Assembly: GCA_963816145.1 (NCBI GenBank)
Contig: CAWFJP010000009.1
Coordinates: 95,917-159,916, forward strand
Direction: 5' to 3'
From: an uncultured delta proteobacterium
GTDB lineage: Bacteria; Desulfobacterota; Binatia; UBA9968
Length of the DNA stretch: 64,000 nt
Shown: piece after piece, positions 49,798 to 60,342 of the stretch
Position numbering within the stretch: the stretch's first letter is position 1
How the letters are laid out: each line of letters starts with the position of its first letter
Made by a program: the position numbers and the translations under genes
Notes under the pieces: model-generated
Told to the model about the DNA's origin: nothing
The model's database searches: none
Seen by the model: only the letters and a program-made list of their open reading frames with translations

Positions 49798-51258
49798 ATG
49801 AAAATGAGAAGTTTTGCCTATAGTAGTCGTGGAAAATCTTTCCGATCCCTGGTTGGTGTGCTTCTAGTCGCTGGTTGCTCCGTCGGACCGGATTACCAGA
49901 GGCAGGACGATGTCTTGGCGCCGGCATGGCTCGAAGCCCACCGTTCGGAATTCGATACTCAGCCGGCGACGCTGGTTAATTGGTGGACGGAATTTAACGA
50001 TGCTGAACTTAATTCGCTGGTGGAACGCGCGGTGAAATCCAACTTGGATATCTTCATCGCTGAATCGCGTGTCCGTGAGTCGCGTGCGTCTCAAGTGCTG
50101 GCGGAAGCCGGCCTGTGGCCGACAGTCGACGTGTCGGGCTCTTACTCACGGAATCGCTCCAGCGAAAATGCCGTGGGATCGCGCGGCCAGGGCGCGGTAG
50201 TGGCACCCCGTTCGACCAGCAATCTGGAACAGAATCTCTACAGGACCGGCTTCGATTCCGGTTGGGAAATCGATGTGTTTGGCGGAACACGACGCAGCAT
50301 CGAAGCCGCGCGCGCCAACGTCGAGGCCTCTATCGAAGATCGCCGCGACGTTTTGGTTACACTGCTTGGTGACGTAGCTAATAATTATATCGAGCTGCGC
50401 GGACGCCAGCGCCAGCTGGCCGTGACTCAAGCCAATCTGCAGGCGCAACAGGAAATTTTACGCTTGACGCGAATCCGCTTTGACGCTGGTTTGGCCAGCG
50501 ATTTGGAAATCGCTCAAGCCGAGGGACAGGCGCAAACTACAGAAGCGCAGATTCCCATATTGGAAAGCGGCATAAAGCAAACCGCGTATCGGCTCGATCT
50601 GTTGCTCGGCGCCCAGCCGGGCACGACCTGGAACGAGCTTTCGGGGCACGCGCCGATTCCCGCTTTGCCGCCGCAAGCCCATGTTGGCTTGCCCGCTGAA
50701 TTGCTGCGCCGGCGTCCCGACATTCGCCGCGCCGAGCGCCAATTGGCTGCGGCCACGGCACAGATCGGTGCGGCTACCGCCGATCTCTATCCGAAATTTT
50801 TCCTCCTCGGCACATTTGGCTTACAAAGTATTAGTGCCAGCGATTGGTTTACCGCACAGAGCCGCTTTTGGTCCATCGGACCGACAGTCACGTGGCCGAT
50901 TTTCGACGCTGGTAAGATTCGCGCCAATATCGAGATTCGTAACGCCCAGCAAGAGCAGGCGCTCAAGCTTTACGAGAAGTCGGTGCTCAGCGCGCTCGGC
51001 GATGTCGAAAGCGCATTGGTGAATTACAGCAAGGAGCAAACCCGCTACCGCTCCTTGCTCGCCGCGGTGGACACCAATCGCCGCGCCTTGCAAATGTCCA
51101 ACGACTTATACACCCAAGGGCTAATCGCTTTCCTCAACGTCCTCGATGCCGAGCGGGCGCTTTACAGCTCGGAAAACGATCTTGCCCAGAGCGAAGCCAA
51201 TATGGCATCGAATCTGGTCGCGCTTTATAAGGCGCTGGGCGGTGGTTGGGAAAATTAG
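49798..51258 (+). CDS. NodT/OprM-family outer membrane efflux lipoprotein
   Basis: Lipobox VAGC-SVGPDY, WEIDVFG, LLRRRPDIRRAE, LYKALGGGW; start uncertain (49765-49804). Confidence 0.92.
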   Translation: MKMRSFAYSSRGKSFRSLVGVLLVAGCSVGPDYQRQDDVLAPAWLEAHRSEFDTQPATLVNWWTEFNDAELNSLVERAVKSNLDIFIAESRVRESRASQVLAEAGLWPTVDVSGSYSRNRSSENAVGSRGQGAVVAPRSTSNLEQNLYRTGFDSGWEIDVFGGTRRSIEAARANVEASIEDRRDVLVTLLGDVANNYIELRGRQRQLAVTQANLQAQQEILRLTRIRFDAGLASDLEIAQAEGQAQTTEAQIPILESGIKQTAYRLDLLLGAQPGTTWNELSGHAPIPALPPQAHVGLPAELLRRRPDIRRAERQLAAATAQIGAATADLYPKFFLLGTFGLQSISASDWFTAQSRFWSIGPTVTWPIFDAGKIRANIEIRNAQQEQALKLYEKSVLSALGDVESALVNYSKEQTRYRSLLAAVDTNRRALQMSNDLYTQGLIAFLNVLDAERALYSSENDLAQSEANMASNLVALYKALGGGWEN

Positions 51259-51455
51259 TTAAAAGTTGCAGCAAACAATTCCGCGGTCGACTGATTTGAC
51301 AGCGGCGTGGCATGTTGCCTTAAACGATATGACGGCGCAGCGTTTGACGTCGATTGACGGTGCTTGCCGATCAGCGCGGTTTGATCTATGTAAGTGAGAG
51401 TTGTTGTTCCGCGCCAACTCTCAAAAACTTCCTAGAACCAAGAAGGAGAATCACC

Positions 51456-52589
51456 ATGAAAGACGGATTTAAAGTCATCGACGCCGACCGGCATATTCTT
51501 GAGCCGACCGATTTGTATCAAAGATATTTGCCGGAAAAATTTAGAAGCCGCGTGCGACTGGCGGGACCGAACCAGACGGTGCGTGAAGTCGACGGCAAGC
51601 CGGTGTCCGATTCGGCGATCCGGCCTGGACGGGTGATGGAAGATTACGGCTATATTTTTTCTTCGTCCAAGCGCTGGCGCGAATGTTTCGCCGATGCCTA
51701 CGCCAATAAATTCGATCCCGCTTCCAACATCCGCGACATGCAGCGCGAAGGCATCGACGTCTCGGTGTTGTTCCCGACCATCGGCCTCTACATCATGTGG
51801 CGCGACGATATCGATCCGGAACTGAGCGCGGCGATTTGCCGGGCCTATAACACTTGGCTCGCCGATTACTGCGATCATGATCGCAAGCGTCTGCATGGCG
51901 TCATGTTGATCCCGCTGCAAGATCCCAAGCTCGCCGCCGCCGAAGTCAAATACGCGCGTGAAAAATTGGGCCTGGTCGGAATCTTTTGGCGCCCCAATAA
52001 GATGTGCGGCCGGACCTTTTCCAGCCCCGATTATTTTCCCATCTACGATGTTTGCTCCGAATTGGGCGTGACCATCTGCGTGCATGAAGGCGCGCGGACG
52101 ATTCTCCCGCAAGCGGGTAACGACCGCTACAGCGAATTCGGCCGTCACGTGGCCTGTCATCCGCTCGAGCAGATGCTGGCGTGCTTGAACTTCTGTGCCG
52201 ACGGCGTGTTGGAAAAATTCCCCAAGCTCAAAGTCGCCCACTTGGAATCGGGCTGCGGTTGGGTGCCGTTCTGGCTCGAGCGCATGGACGAGCACTGGGA
52301 ACATGAATCCCACGGTTCGGCGAAGATCACCAAGGAAAAGCCCAGCTATTACTTTAAGCGTAACTGCTGGGTCAGCTCCGAAGCCGGCGAAGAGCTTGCC
52401 CCGGTATTCGTCGAGCACGTCGGTGACGATTATCTAATGATCGCCACTGACTACCCGCACAGCGACGCCATTGACAAGTTCCCAGACAAGACCGTCGGCG
52501 CGATCAGCAGCAACGAGAAAATCTCGCGTGCATCGCGCACTAAGATCTTGTGGGACAATCCAACCAAGGCTTTTGGTTTGGGGGCGTGA
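51456..52589 (+). CDS. Amidohydrolase_2 family protein
   Basis: IDADRH, EGIDVSVLFPT, CRAYN, VHEG, ESGCGW, TDYPH; AAGGAG RBS. Confidence 0.87.
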   Translation: MKDGFKVIDADRHILEPTDLYQRYLPEKFRSRVRLAGPNQTVREVDGKPVSDSAIRPGRVMEDYGYIFSSSKRWRECFADAYANKFDPASNIRDMQREGIDVSVLFPTIGLYIMWRDDIDPELSAAICRAYNTWLADYCDHDRKRLHGVMLIPLQDPKLAAAEVKYAREKLGLVGIFWRPNKMCGRTFSSPDYFPIYDVCSELGVTICVHEGARTILPQAGNDRYSEFGRHVACHPLEQMLACLNFCADGVLEKFPKLKVAHLESGCGWVPFWLERMDEHWEHESHGSAKITKEKPSYYFKRNCWVSSEAGEELAPVFVEHVGDDYLMIATDYPHSDAIDKFPDKTVGAISSNEKISRASRTKILWDNPTKAFGLGA

Positions 52590-52617
52590 ACTGAAAGCTT
52601 TATTCAGCTTTAGGGCC

Positions 52618-52660
52618 AGCAGAAAAAGCCCGGATCAACTTGATCCGGGCTTTTTCTGCT
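52618..52660. terminator. Bidirectional intrinsic terminator
   Basis: agcagaaaaagcccggatca-act-tgatccgggctttttctgct, a perfect 20-bp inverted repeat with A/T tracts between convergent genes. Confidence 0.9.
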
Positions 52661-52680
52661 ATTGGGGCCCGTGAGTGCTT

Positions 52681-54189
52681 CTAGAACGTGTAACGCCAGT
52701 TAAGCATAACGTCGACCCATTCGCCGCCAACACCCGAACGGCAATTTGTCGTTGATGATCCGGTCTTTTGGCAGAAACCCAGATTATACCCGGCTTGGCC
52801 GAGTCTGTTGTCCAAATTCGACGCGTCGTACCAGAGAAAGTTCACACCCATGCTCATGCGCGGGGCGATAAAATACCATAAGTCCCATTCTCGCAAGAGA
52901 ACGCGTTCGCGGTGAAACTGCGCCAGTTGACCGCCGGTACAGCCGCCAGTGGCACAGTCCAGGGACATATTCGCCCGCTCAAAGTGCGTGCCAACTAGAA
53001 CCGAGCCAGTCTGGTTCGCCGATCCGGTCAAGAAACCCTTGGGACTCCATAGAAACAAGTCATGAGCGATCAAAATGCCATTCGCCCGCTTCTTGCCGCG
53101 CCCGGCGCCATCATCATGGCTCTGTTCAAAGGTCCCCATTGCGCGCAAGGTGTAGGGCCCTACCTCCCACACCAAGCCGGGTCCCATCGCCGTAGTCAGC
53201 CCCTTGCCGACGCTGTTATTGCCGGTGTCGAACAGACTTTGCTTGCCACCGTCGCCTTGATCTCGAATCCGGTAACGGCCGCAACCGTTGCCGGCGCTAT
53301 CGCGGGTATCGACGTTACAGAACCAAGAACCGAACTCGAAGGTCAAGCCGTTTATCCATTTGTTCTTGACTTGCGAGAACGGCTGAATCGCTGCGTATAG
53401 GTTGAAGTCCTGACGGTCCGTCAGGCTCTGCGTGCCGTCGTCGCCTTCGCCTATGTTCGACATGCCGAATTGAAACCTGCGCAATTTGCCGGGGATGCCG
53501 ATGCCGCTCAAGTCTTTGTCGTCCCAGTTGAGCACCATTCCGGTGCCCGCGCGGCCGTCGTCGAAACCGCTGTTGCGAGTGAGCAGGTCGACCTCGGCTT
53601 GCGCGCCAGTGGCGCCCGAGCCCTGACGGGCCAAGCTGCCGCCTGAGGCATTTTGCACTTCCATGCCGAACTGCACGGTCGGCAGCCATGGGCTGATGTA
53701 TTCACCATGGAAGTTGACCGCGCCGCGCTGCAACATCGAACCGACACCGGTGCCCTGGTTGTTCTTGCCGTTACCCGTGCCCCAGCCGTCGAGGTCGAGC
53801 GTTGCTTCGATTTCCCACAAGCAGTTGTTGATGCAGTAAAAAACGCTGGGACGGAATTTCCGGGCGAAGAGTTGGCCGTTAGTGCGGCCGGCCTGGTCGA
53901 GGCCGGCTTCAAAGTCATAGCGCAAGTGGACTTCATTGGTGAAGCGCAGTCCCCACTCCTTGTCCGCCGCTTCGATACTCACACCGTTGCCTGGGCGATA
54001 CGATAACGAGGGCATCGCTGCCGCCGCCGCTGTCGCCTCCTTCTTCAGCTCGATCTGTTGTTCTTTTAGCTGCTGCAGTTCTTGCTCGATCGCGCTGATC
54101 TTGTCATTGACACTCTGCGCTTGAACCGTGCCAGCTGTTAAAATGAAAGCAGCTAGCAAGCTCGCTAACCAGGTTGTCGTTTTCATCAT
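52681..54189 (-). CDS. Outer membrane beta-barrel or porin with N-terminal coiled coil (OprO/P-like architecture)
   Basis: Signal peptide, KISAIEQELQQLKEQQ, alternating beta-strand pattern, C-terminal NWRYTF. Confidence 0.72.
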   Translation of the reverse strand: MMKTTTWLASLLAAFILTAGTVQAQSVNDKISAIEQELQQLKEQQIELKKEATAAAAAMPSLSYRPGNGVSIEAADKEWGLRFTNEVHLRYDFEAGLDQAGRTNGQLFARKFRPSVFYCINNCLWEIEATLDLDGWGTGNGKNNQGTGVGSMLQRGAVNFHGEYISPWLPTVQFGMEVQNASGGSLARQGSGATGAQAEVDLLTRNSGFDDGRAGTGMVLNWDDKDLSGIGIPGKLRRFQFGMSNIGEGDDGTQSLTDRQDFNLYAAIQPFSQVKNKWINGLTFEFGSWFCNVDTRDSAGNGCGRYRIRDQGDGGKQSLFDTGNNSVGKGLTTAMGPGLVWEVGPYTLRAMGTFEQSHDDGAGRGKKRANGILIAHDLFLWSPKGFLTGSANQTGSVLVGTHFERANMSLDCATGGCTGGQLAQFHRERVLLREWDLWYFIAPRMSMGVNFLWYDASNLDNRLGQAGYNLGFCQKTGSSTTNCRSGVGGEWVDVMLNWRYTF

Positions 54190-54793
54190 TCCCTCCTTTT
54201 GCTTGCGTCCAAATAGGTGTGTGTACTTCTTTGTAACCGTACGTAGGAGCAGTTACAGTTTTATTAAGGAACAATTAATTTCAAAATTTGCATTTCTCTC
54301 GAACGTCGAATCGACATTCGAGTCAACCGGCAGATTCAATCGTTGCGAACGGTTGCCCTCGCACTATTCCTGGCCTGTCATGGGTAAGGAAAATTCATAG
54401 CGGATTCCAACTTAAAAGTAGGTGGAGCAGTCGCTTAACTTAGCGTCGACTGCTGCGCTAAACAGTTGCAGCAGTTGCAGCAAGAGCATGCCTGAATGGC
54501 CAAGTCAGGATCGATTCGCGACCGGCGGGCGATTCGTCGCTCGCGGTTGTTTTGGAATGTTACAAACGAATCTTTACGCAGCGCAGCTGGCACTAAAAAA
54601 TGCCGCCACTCGTTCATAGAACTGTGCAGATATTCGAACAGAAACGAAATCAGGATATGGGGTGCGGCCGCCGACAAATACTCGCAGGAGGGCAAACTCT
54701 AGCGCGCATTGTATCTGGGAAACGGTCCAGTGGTTGTTTATCCGATGACGCGGCTTTAATGGCGGTAGTTGTTCACTTCCGCTGTTTCGAGAC

Positions 54794-57748
54794 TCAGGAG
54801 GGGATTGGGATGGAATGGGGAACTCTAAAAGTGAACGTCGAGCCTTCGCCGGGCCGACTATCGACTCGAATGTCACCGTTCATCAAATCAAGATAATTCT
54901 TGACGATGCTTAAGCCCAGGCCCACGCCGTTGAATTCTCCAGTATGGGCCTCCCTGATTTGCTCGAAAGCGTTGAATATCCTTTCCATATCCCGGGGCTC
55001 GATGCCGATGCCACTATCCGCAACGCAAAACTCGACGCATCGTTTCTCTGGGAGGTTTTTGACCCGTAGTTTTATCTCGCCCCGCGGAGTAAATTTAAAA
55101 GCGTTGCCGATGAGGTTTTGCAAAATTTCCTCTAGCTTGGTCTCGTCCGTGGTGATCTCGGGGAGGTCGTGATCGACATCCCAGTTCACTTCCAAACGTT
55201 TCGAGCGATTGAGCTGTTCGACGTGGCTTTGCACGTGCGCGACGACCTCGTCGATGTCGACCGTGCTCAGCTCCAAAGACATTTTTTTCGCGTCTAACCG
55301 AGAGAGCGCCAATACGTCATTGACTAGCTTTAGGAGAAATCGCGAATGATGGCGGATCTTTTCCATTGATTTTTTCTGTTCGTCATTAATAGCTCCCCAG
55401 AAACCATCGCCGGTTAATTCCGCGTTCCCCATAATCACATTGAGCGGCGTGCGCAATTCATGAGACATGGCCGAGATGAATTCTGATTTGGCTCGGTTGG
55501 CTTGGTCTAACTCATTGTTAATTCTGCTGAGCTCCTCCGTCTTTGAATGCACTTGTTCAAATAGTCTGGCATTGTCCGCCGCGACGCCGATTTCTTGGGC
55601 AATGGACTCGATGAGCTTCAATTCATCGAGGGCAAAGTGATGTTTCGCTTTACTCGCTAAGTGCAATACGCCGATGACTTTGTCTTTTGCCTTTATCGGG
55701 AATCCCGCCGTGCTGGCAAAACTCAAGTTAGCAATGGCCCTTTGAGGGTTTAGTTCCTCGTCTGTGATTTCATTGTGGGAGTCCTCGAACACCAAGCGTT
55801 CACCGGACCTAAAAATCATGCCGCTCACACCGCTCGAAAGCTCCTCACGATCCAGGGCTCTGACGGTTTCTGCATCGATCCCCTTATGGGCCTTGAGATC
55901 GAGTGTCTCAGCTGCGGTGTCCAGCATGCAAATCCAGGACGCGTCGAATTTCAAAGCTTCGGTCAATCTATTGATGGCGGTATTGAGCACCATGTCCAAA
56001 TGCAGGGTCTGGTTTACCGCCTCGCCGATTGTGTTTAGCACGGATAATTGCTGTGCTCTCTTTTCCGATTCGCGGAATAGATTCGCTTTTTCGACGGCCA
56101 CGGCAAGATGCTCGGACATCGCCGTCAGCAAGCGTGTTTCATCGTCGGCGAGTTTCCGGGGCGATTGTGCGCTGAAGAGTATGGCGCCATAGATGTGGGC
56201 TTGAGTTTTGATCGGAATGACCGCGAAGAATCCTAAGTTGGCGCTGACGGTAGCTCTAGTCGTGCTTAACTCAGCGTATCGCGGATCGGACCGAACATCC
56301 TCAAATATCATCGGTTCGCCGGTCTCGGCGACATGTCCAACCACACCTTGTCCGCGCTTGAGCGTTTGAACCGCCGTCTCGCGGCCAGGATTTGTCGCAA
56401 AGGATGCTCGCAGCTCTAGTGCGTCCCGTTCGTCATTGAAGAGGAGCACCCGGATACTTTCAAAGTGGAAGATCTCCATGGTCTTCGAGATGATCGCATT
56501 CAAGATGTCCTTAAGCGCCAATGATTCATTCACCGCGGTCGTCACGCTATAGAGCGCGGTTATTTCCTTGGTTCTCTGCTCTACTTTTTGTTCCAATGTG
56601 GCGTATGAGTTTTGCAGGGCGATGGTCATTTTGTTAAATTCGGTCGCCAACTCTTCGATTTCATCGCCGGTGATGACACCCGTCCGATGTTCGAGATTCC
56701 CTGCTCCAATGGTCGCTACGTCGTGGCGGAGCGCCTGTATAGGTCCGGTTATCTTTTGGCTGACCCAAGCTATGATAGCGGCTCCGATGAATAGACTTAT
56801 TACGAGGAAAAGTAGCGCGGAGCGCTTGAGTATTTCGACGTTAGCCAATGCGGCGTCGACGGGCTCCTCCAGAATGACCGCCCAGCCCAACTCAGGTACC
56901 GGGGCGTACGTGGCTAGCACAGGATTGCCCGTCAGTCCGTTTCCTTCATGAGCGGGGGTTTTATCGGCAAGGGTCGGGTTACGCAGAAAGTTTTTGACAC
57001 CAGCAACACTTCGGAGGTTTATCTGTTTCAGCACGAGTCCGGGATCCTTATGAGCGATGAGATTCCCTTGACCGTCTACCAAGTAGGCATAACCGGCAGT
57101 ACCGAACTGAATTTTGCCCAGGGCTTCCCAGAGAAACGATAGATCGGCTTCTGCTGAAACGACGCCGGCGACACTCTGTGCAACCCCCCAGAGGGGAATC
57201 GCCAGTGTTATGTACGGCTGGCCCTGGGTCGACGTGTACACGGGGCTGACATATTTCTCACCCTTGAGTGCTTTAACGAATTTGAGCGATTTGCTCTGAT
57301 CGGTTAAATCGGAGGGGAAGTAAACTTCTCTGTCAGAAACCTTTATGACTTCCATGCCTTCTGAATTGATGATGGAGGCATGGGTGAAGCTGCTGTCGTT
57401 TTTAACGACGAGACCAAGAAGTAACTGTTGCTCCTTGTCTCCTAGCTGATACAGGTTTAAGGCGGATGCATTATCCGAAAACCGCTCGATCTTGCGCCGC
57501 ACAAAGTTGTGAATCTGGTCGCTCGTAACTTTGGCAAGCTCTGACTGCAATGCGGCAGCGTCTTGGCGAATCTGCAAGACCATATAGTAATAGCCGACAA
57601 AGACGACAATCGACAGTGCAATGCCAAAAAGGCTAAGCCCCCAAAGTAGCAGGCGACGTCGTATACCGCCGCCACGAAAAGGCGTTAGCAATTTTGTCAA
57701 AACATTCATCATCATTAAGCCAGTTGGTTTGTTGCGCCCATTGGCCAC
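54794..57748 (-). CDS. Sensor histidine kinase (TM-dCache-TM-HAMP-GAF-GAF-HisKA-HATPase)
   Basis: GYAYLVD...IAH, DEIEELATEFNKM, two GAF-like repeats, MSHELRTPLN, NLIGNAFKFT, GVGLGL; start uncertain (57707-57748). Confidence 0.9.
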   Translation of the reverse strand: MANGRNKPTGLMMMNVLTKLLTPFRGGGIRRRLLLWGLSLFGIALSIVVFVGYYYMVLQIRQDAAALQSELAKVTSDQIHNFVRRKIERFSDNASALNLYQLGDKEQQLLLGLVVKNDSSFTHASIINSEGMEVIKVSDREVYFPSDLTDQSKSLKFVKALKGEKYVSPVYTSTQGQPYITLAIPLWGVAQSVAGVVSAEADLSFLWEALGKIQFGTAGYAYLVDGQGNLIAHKDPGLVLKQINLRSVAGVKNFLRNPTLADKTPAHEGNGLTGNPVLATYAPVPELGWAVILEEPVDAALANVEILKRSALLFLVISLFIGAAIIAWVSQKITGPIQALRHDVATIGAGNLEHRTGVITGDEIEELATEFNKMTIALQNSYATLEQKVEQRTKEITALYSVTTAVNESLALKDILNAIISKTMEIFHFESIRVLLFNDERDALELRASFATNPGRETAVQTLKRGQGVVGHVAETGEPMIFEDVRSDPRYAELSTTRATVSANLGFFAVIPIKTQAHIYGAILFSAQSPRKLADDETRLLTAMSEHLAVAVEKANLFRESEKRAQQLSVLNTIGEAVNQTLHLDMVLNTAINRLTEALKFDASWICMLDTAAETLDLKAHKGIDAETVRALDREELSSGVSGMIFRSGERLVFEDSHNEITDEELNPQRAIANLSFASTAGFPIKAKDKVIGVLHLASKAKHHFALDELKLIESIAQEIGVAADNARLFEQVHSKTEELSRINNELDQANRAKSEFISAMSHELRTPLNVIMGNAELTGDGFWGAINDEQKKSMEKIRHHSRFLLKLVNDVLALSRLDAKKMSLELSTVDIDEVVAHVQSHVEQLNRSKRLEVNWDVDHDLPEITTDETKLEEILQNLIGNAFKFTPRGEIKLRVKNLPEKRCVEFCVADSGIGIEPRDMERIFNAFEQIREAHTGEFNGVGLGLSIVKNYLDLMNGDIRVDSRPGEGSTFTFRVPHSIPIPS

Positions 57749-57975
57749 CTATCTGTTATTGGAAAGGGGAATCTCCTTATGAAATGGTCATAAGACCATA
57801 GGTGATAGTTGGCTCGTAAATTTCTATGAGCAGCATAGCGACGATTAATTAAAGGCAGTAGTCCCCTGCAAAAATGAAGCACGTTCCGGAAGCATCCAGA
57901 TCGATCCACCTTAAGTGATTTTTGAATACATCCTCACACCGAGATTTGGACATTATCTCCCAGGATTGCTCGCAG

Positions 57976-57991
57976 AGCAGGAGTTGTGCCA
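57976..57991 (-). promoter_or_regulatory. Candidate sigma54 (-24/-12) promoter upstream of the kinase gene
   Basis: Minus strand TGGCACAACTCCTGCT with correct GG-N10-GC spacing. Confidence 0.5.
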
Positions 57992-58199
57992 CGCCTTGCA
58001 CGTCGTTTCATTTGCCCCTAAGTGCTCGTATTTCAGTATAATTAGCGTGTAAATTCGACCAAAATGGAGCACTATTGGTGTAAATTATATCAATTCGGCT
58101 GATTTTGAACTGACACATTGACTTGGAAGCAATTGCAATTAATACATCCGCAAGTATCGGATCTCTGGCAGCGTGAACGATCGGTGGCGCGATCAAGCC

Positions 58200-58670
58200 C
58201 GGCAAGGGGCTCTGGAGGGATCGCCCTCGGCACGAGAAAATAACCTGGAGCGGGAGAATCGTGAACTCAAGGAGAAGCTAGCCGAGCTGTACTTGGAGAA
58301 CACGCAGTTAAGATAACTCGGGGATTGGCTACGCCGGCGCAAAAGCGTCGGTACCTCCGTGATCACCGCCGAGAGTTTAGCTCGATTACCCAAGGGCTCG
58401 AAGTCATGAAGCTGGCACCCAGCAGTTATTACTATAAGCCGATCACCGACCCCTCGGAGCTGTCCTGCAGCGACGCCTTACTGCGCGAACATATCGAGCG
58501 GCTCCAGGGAGAGTTTGCCGGCTACGGCTATCGGCGTTTGGGCAAGCAGCTGCGCCGTGAGGGGATCTGTGTCAACGACAAACGGATTCGCCGTGTCCAG
58601 CGCAAATACCAGCTATTTCCCATCCGCTGGCAGAGTTTTAAGATCGCTACTACTGACTCCAATCACGGCG
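58200..58670 (+). mobile_element. IS3-family remnant (orfA C-terminus plus orfB N-terminus, no DDE core)
   Basis: LERENRELKEKLAELYLEN, then SSYYY...GYGYRRLGKQLRREGICVNDKRIRRV...TTDSNH. Confidence 0.85.
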
Positions 58671-59341
58671 ATGGAATGGAGAATTCAGTTCAATAGCGAA
58701 GATGGAAAGAAACTCGACAAGTGAAACGAGTGGGTTTTGCCCCCGGGTCCTATTGGCAACTCCGATGATCAGTGACAACCCTAGAAACTCTCGACGGTGA
58801 ATTACTAGTGCCGTACCGAAGTCCACAGCAGTATGTCACCGGCAAGTCGTCGTGAGCGGCTACGCTCAAAAAATTTCAAGTCACTGTCCCACCGGAGTTA
58901 CCGGCGATATTGACCGCAAGAAAAATGCCACAGTAAATTATGATGTGTGTTGTCGATGTTTTCAGTTACCGGGAGCAACTGTCGATTGAGGCTCGAAGGG
59001 AAGTTTACACATTGGTACTACTGGGGTCGAAAATAAACAGAAAATTTCTGCTCACAACGACGATGCAGCCGTAAAAACGATACTTCATCGAGTGAATTGC
59101 GGTGTTAAGTTCATCCGTTTAGAGCGGACTGGTATGTTTGCAGCACCGTTTTGGCGCCTGGTTGTGGTAGTTCCACAAGCGAACTAACCCGCTTCGAGCA
59201 TTCTGAGTCCACTGTCGGAATGAAGGAATTGGAAAAAATGGTTCGGGCTGGAGCTTCCCCGGATTACGATGGTTGATTACCTATCTCCTCGGTGAGATGG
59301 AGTAGATGGACAATCAGTTCCATCCTAGCATCGCCGCGTGA

Positions 59342-59463
59342 CTACTTGATTACTCGATTTGCCCGCACCAGCACGTTCGGCGGGATAGTCAGGCCGATTT
59401 GCTTTGCCGCTTTCAGATTGACGATAAATTCGAACTTCGTCTGCTGTTCGACAGGCAGTTCCA
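59342..59463 (-). pseudogene. C-terminal remnant of an ABC_sub_bind-type substrate-binding protein
   Basis: ELPVEQQTKFEFIVNLKAAKQIGLTIPPNVLVRANRVIK*. Confidence 0.8.
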
Positions 59464-59472
59464 GAATCCCGG

Positions 59473-59850
59473 TCACCGCGTTGGTGCTCGATTCGGCTCG
59501 ATCCAGTATCCCGGCACTGAGACCTGCACTTCAGACCCGCCGTCCACCCAGTGTGGCGGAACGAAAATTCTGTTTGTGGCAGGTTCTCTAGATTCAACGT
59601 ACGGTGCAGACTGAACCTGCTGATAAATAATGACTTGCCCTTCGCCGACTTCACCCACACCCGAGACTCCGAAGCGATGGAACCGCTGTGGAACAAACGA
59701 GTGGTGCGGGCGCGTCATGGGAGCTCTCAACCTCCCCGAGCTACTGGAAGTGCGACCCGCACCAACAACGACGTAGGGTAGGATCACGGTAATGCCGATC
59801 GCGAGGATCAAACCTAAGATTTTCTGTCGAGTGCTACCTGGGCGTCGCAT
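59473..59850 (-). CDS. Small hypothetical exported protein
   Basis: N-terminal hydrophobic segment; C-terminal FVPPHWV...VPGYW resembling YXWGXW-type repeats. Confidence 0.5.
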   Translation of the reverse strand: MRRPGSTRQKILGLILAIGITVILPYVVVGAGRTSSSSGRLRAPMTRPHHSFVPQRFHRFGVSGVGEVGEGQVIIYQQVQSAPYVESREPATNRIFVPPHWVDGGSEVQVSVPGYWIEPNRAPTR

Positions 59851-60228
59851 ATCATCTTTTTACTTAAATTGATTACAAAGATTGGATATCGATAAACCAG
59901 TCCTGCTGTCCCACCGTTGAGACAGGGGCTATTTACGAATTACTCAATGATTCAATAAGCAACACGGATGCCAGATGTATCCTCGTACAACAATAGCGAT
60001 TTCGTTAGTTTTTGGGGGCTATAAACTCGGCATTTTTGCGCAGGTGCGAGAAGCGAAGTCGAGTCTTTGCAGCGCTGCACAATTCGTCCCCGCCTGAGCT
60101 TCAAAAGGGCGTAGAACGGGAGCTTAGACGAAAAAAACACCACGCTAGAATTTATCCGCAATTTTACCTTCGATGTCGGGATGCAATTCGTCCCAGGACT
60201 GAACTAAGGCGCTACAATTCAATTTCAG

Positions 60229-60305
60229 CCGTAACGCCGCGTTAAGCTGCGAGCGAAGCTCCGGTTCGCCATGCGAGGCGCGTCAGCTTCAACGCGTAGT
60301 TCGGT
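60229..60305 (-). other. Integron attC recombination site
   Basis: Minus strand ACCGAAC-TACGC-GTTGAAGC-TGACG...CGCA-GCTTAAC-GCGGC-GTTACGG, i.e. R'', L'', L', R' boxes with two extrahelical bases. Confidence 0.8.
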
Positions 60306-60342
60306 GGCTCGTATCATCCGGAGCGACCAATTGTCTCGCCAG

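Noticed and set aside
781-52418. Long antisense or alternate-frame ORFs (e.g. 781-1599, 15748-16677, 22211-23278, 28251-29138, 41038-41889, 51432-52418)
   Set aside because: They shadow well-supported genes, have no recognisable motifs, and are expected in high-GC DNA
54588-54603. TGGCAC...TGC sigma54-like motif
   Set aside because: Spacing is GG-N11-GC and it points away from the porin gene
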